This document shows, piece by piece, positions 61,398 through 64,000 of a DNA stretch of 64,000 nt. The position numbers and the translations under genes are program-made. Source of the stretch: Eledone cirrhosa (Eukaryota). The DNA lies in NCBI GenBank assembly GCA_964016885.1, contig OZ024752.1, positions 31,434,001-31,498,000 on the forward strand, read 5' to 3'. The notes beneath the pieces were generated by a model, which saw only the letters and a program-made list of their open reading frames with translations, was not told the DNA's origin and made no database searches. How positions within the stretch are numbered: position 1 is the first letter of the stretch; every line of letters begins with the position of its first letter.

Positions 61398-61560
61398 ATA
61401 ACTTGTGTGTTACACCTCTATTCTTTTAACTATATATATATATATATTTATTTATTAAAATAACAGATTAAAGTTTAAGCAAAGAATCGCTGCTTTCACC
61501 CTTATATTTACCCTTATCGAGCCCTCTTTGGATTTTAGTCTTTAAATTTATTATTATTAC

Positions 61561-61600
<40 letters not shown>

Positions 61601-61601
<1 letters not shown>

Positions 61602-61789
61602 GGGCGATGGATTGGCAGTATCGGTAGAGCGTCGGACGCCATGCTTTGACGCGTAGAGTTACGGCCCTTGCCAGTCTGAGTTCAAATCCCGCTGAGGTTA
61701 ACTTTGCTTTTCATCCTTACGGGGTCGATAAAATAAAGTACCAGTAATACACTGGAATAATTGCTGGCCTTGTGCCAAAAGTAGAAACA
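61601..61789 (+). mobile_element. Full SINE in (ATT)n
   Basis: SINE consensus. Confidence 0.85.
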
Positions 61790-61806
61790 ATTATTATTAT
61801 TATTAT

Positions 61807-61848
<42 letters not shown>

Positions 61849-62404
61849 GTATATAAAATATCTTTCTCTAATGTTATCACTCATTCCCTATACATACAAA
61901 TATATGTTTTTACATACATACATGTATACATACATACATCATATGTTGTCGTGTTGGAGAGTGGGAGGGTGTGTGGGTGTATTACTTATAGGAAAAAAAT
62001 AATCCAAGAAGAAAAGAAAAAAAGCAACTATAAAATTATTAGAAATAGTTGGAGACAGATTTCAGATAGAAACTAAATTTATTTAAAGAGAAAATAAACA
62101 GGAATTGTAACAAAATTTTTTAAAAATGTAAGCGCCCATCGAATACAGATCAATATAAAATACATTATTGACAATATAAATGCAATATTTTTGCTTCTGT
62201 ATCGATGACTAATTATTTCCATTGGAAATTATAATTAGGCAAACTTTTGCATACTGCTGCTTTTGTAATCTAATTGCAAATTTTTGTCAATTTCAAAATA
62301 AGTTTATTCATTAATAGAAAAAAATGTTCGAAAAAATTTCGCTCTCATGTGTAAAGTTTTATCGGTGCGTTTCTAGTTATGAACAGTTGCGACAGGTAAA
62401 TATT

Positions 62405-63025
62405 GTATTAATAGCAACGCTGTGGATTGGCAGTATCGGTAGAGGGTCGGACGCCATCCTTTGCAGCATAGAGTTATGTCCCTTTACGGTCTGAGTTCAA
62501 ATCCCGCCGAGGTTAACTTTGCCTTTCATCCTTACGGGGTCGATAAAATAAAGTACCAGTTATGCACTGGGATAATCGCTCGCCTTGTGCCAAAAGTAGA
62601 AATAATTATATTAACAGCAAGGCGGTGGATTGGCAGTATCGGTAGAGGGTCGGACGCCATCCTTTGCAGCATAGAGTTACGTCCCTTTACGGTTTGAGTT
62701 CAAATCCCGCCGAGGTTAACTTTGCCTTTCATCCTTACGGGGTCGATAAAATAAAGTACCAGTTATGCACTGGGATAATCGCTCGCCTTGTGCCAAAAGT
62801 AGAAACAATTATATTAACAGCAAGGCGGTGGATTGGCAGTATCGGTAGAGGGTCGGACGCCATCCTTTGCAGCATAGAGTTACGTCCCTTTACGGTTTGA
62901 GTTCAAATCCCGCCGAGGTTAACTTTGCTTTTCATCCTTACGGGGTCGATAAAATAAAGTACCAGTAATGCACTGGGATAATCGCTCGCCTTGTGCCAAA
63001 AGTAGAAACAATTATATTAACAGCA
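62405..63025 (+). mobile_element. Head-to-tail SINE trimer (203-bp unit)
   Basis: Three near-identical units sharing the ATAATCGCTCGCC variant, separated by ATATTAACAGCAA. Confidence 0.92.
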
Positions 63026-63634
63026 AAGGAAAGACCTGTGGAAACCTTGTTTGTATCCTTGGTCAGATTTGATGGGTTCCATTTCAGCCGGAAGGCGGCG
63101 AATAAGGTCTGGGATCTTGTTGATTGGTTTCCCCATCCACTATATATAAATTACTTCTGTATAATGAAGCAGACCTAGGGCTAAATAAGATAACTCAAGC
63201 CAATGCCATTGCCTTTACGGGGTCGTTTGGGGAGCTAGAAATGGGGATCAAAGATTCCTCAAACCACCACCGGAATAACAACTCAAGCTTGTATGAGCCC
63301 ACGGGGATGCCTTTATGTGGTCGCTTGCTGAGCTAGAAATGGCGATCAAGGGTTCCTGAAACCATCTCTGAACTTGTTACATAGTATAATACAGCACTAC
63401 ATCATTTGAAAATATGATGAGATGGTCATGGCTGGAATGTTCTAATCATAGATCTGCTAGATTGATGTTGACATGAAACTAAACAACAACAACAACTGTA
63501 GTTCATATTCAACAATGACCTTGGTCACTTGAGCCTCGCTGGGAATGGTTAGGTTGATTCTCATTGCCTTTTCGGGAACGTTGGGAAAGTTGAACTCCAA
63601 ACCAGAGAGAATTTCTTTTAGTATACAGTGATAG

Positions 63635-63838
63635 ATACGAGTGTGGACTGAAAGGTTCATAGGCTGACTATGAAGGAGTGATGCTAGAGCTGTGAAATCT
63701 TGCATGCATTAATTTCAACTCTTCTTATTAATAACTGCATTGTTTCTTTCCAGCGACTATGTTGAAAAATTAACCCGATCTGGTCATTCCATGAGAGTAT
63801 CTTTGTCAACCTATAAACCTTTCTGCCGATCCCCGTAT
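63635..63838. mobile_element. ~200-bp mariner-type MITE, inverted relative to 57681
   Basis: TACGAGTGTGGACTGAAAGGTTCATAGGCTGAC / GTCAACCTATAAACCTTTC..CCCCGTA. Confidence 0.75.
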
Positions 63839-64000
63839 TCTTCTTTGTGTTAGTATGTTGTGATGATTTCTACTTAATCATTTTGCCTATTTGCAAATAA
63901 TATGACTGAGCCTGTGAGATTTAAATATTAACTCTGTGGCTATAAAACCACAGCATTGATCTGACACTTTAAGCAATAATTCCTATTTAGAGCCTACTTA

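Overview
Gene-free, AT- and microsatellite-rich eukaryotic DNA. The dominant tRNA-derived SINE (core GCCTTTCATCCTTACGGGGTCGATAAA) resembles octopus SINEs, so the source is probably an octopod cephalopod (inference). Main contents: (1) three near-identical, coding-intact L1/Tx1-clade LINEs (one cut by the window edge, two full-length in tandem) plus a short 3' fragment, all joined to ATT repeats; (2) a ~6 kb inverted repeat (4510-10522); (3) R4/Dong-like RLE retrotransposons in (TAA)n and other R4-like families in (ACAT)n; (4) about 30 SINE copies or fragments, mariner-type MITEs, RTE fragments and minisatellites. The signal the ORF track misses is about 20 type I hammerhead ribozyme motifs from about 13 sequence families. 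Nearly all read toward a (TA)n tract, and many lie in fold-back palindromes or head-to-head pairs. One is a 316-bp tandem repeat with one U3-A8 hammerhead per unit (retrozyme-like, predicted circRNA). Also notable: a candidate 53-nt intron that would fuse Tx1 ORF1 and ORF2 in frame, and a 3'-terminal motif shared by the SINE and the Tx1 LINE. All structures were paired by eye; nothing was computed or searched.
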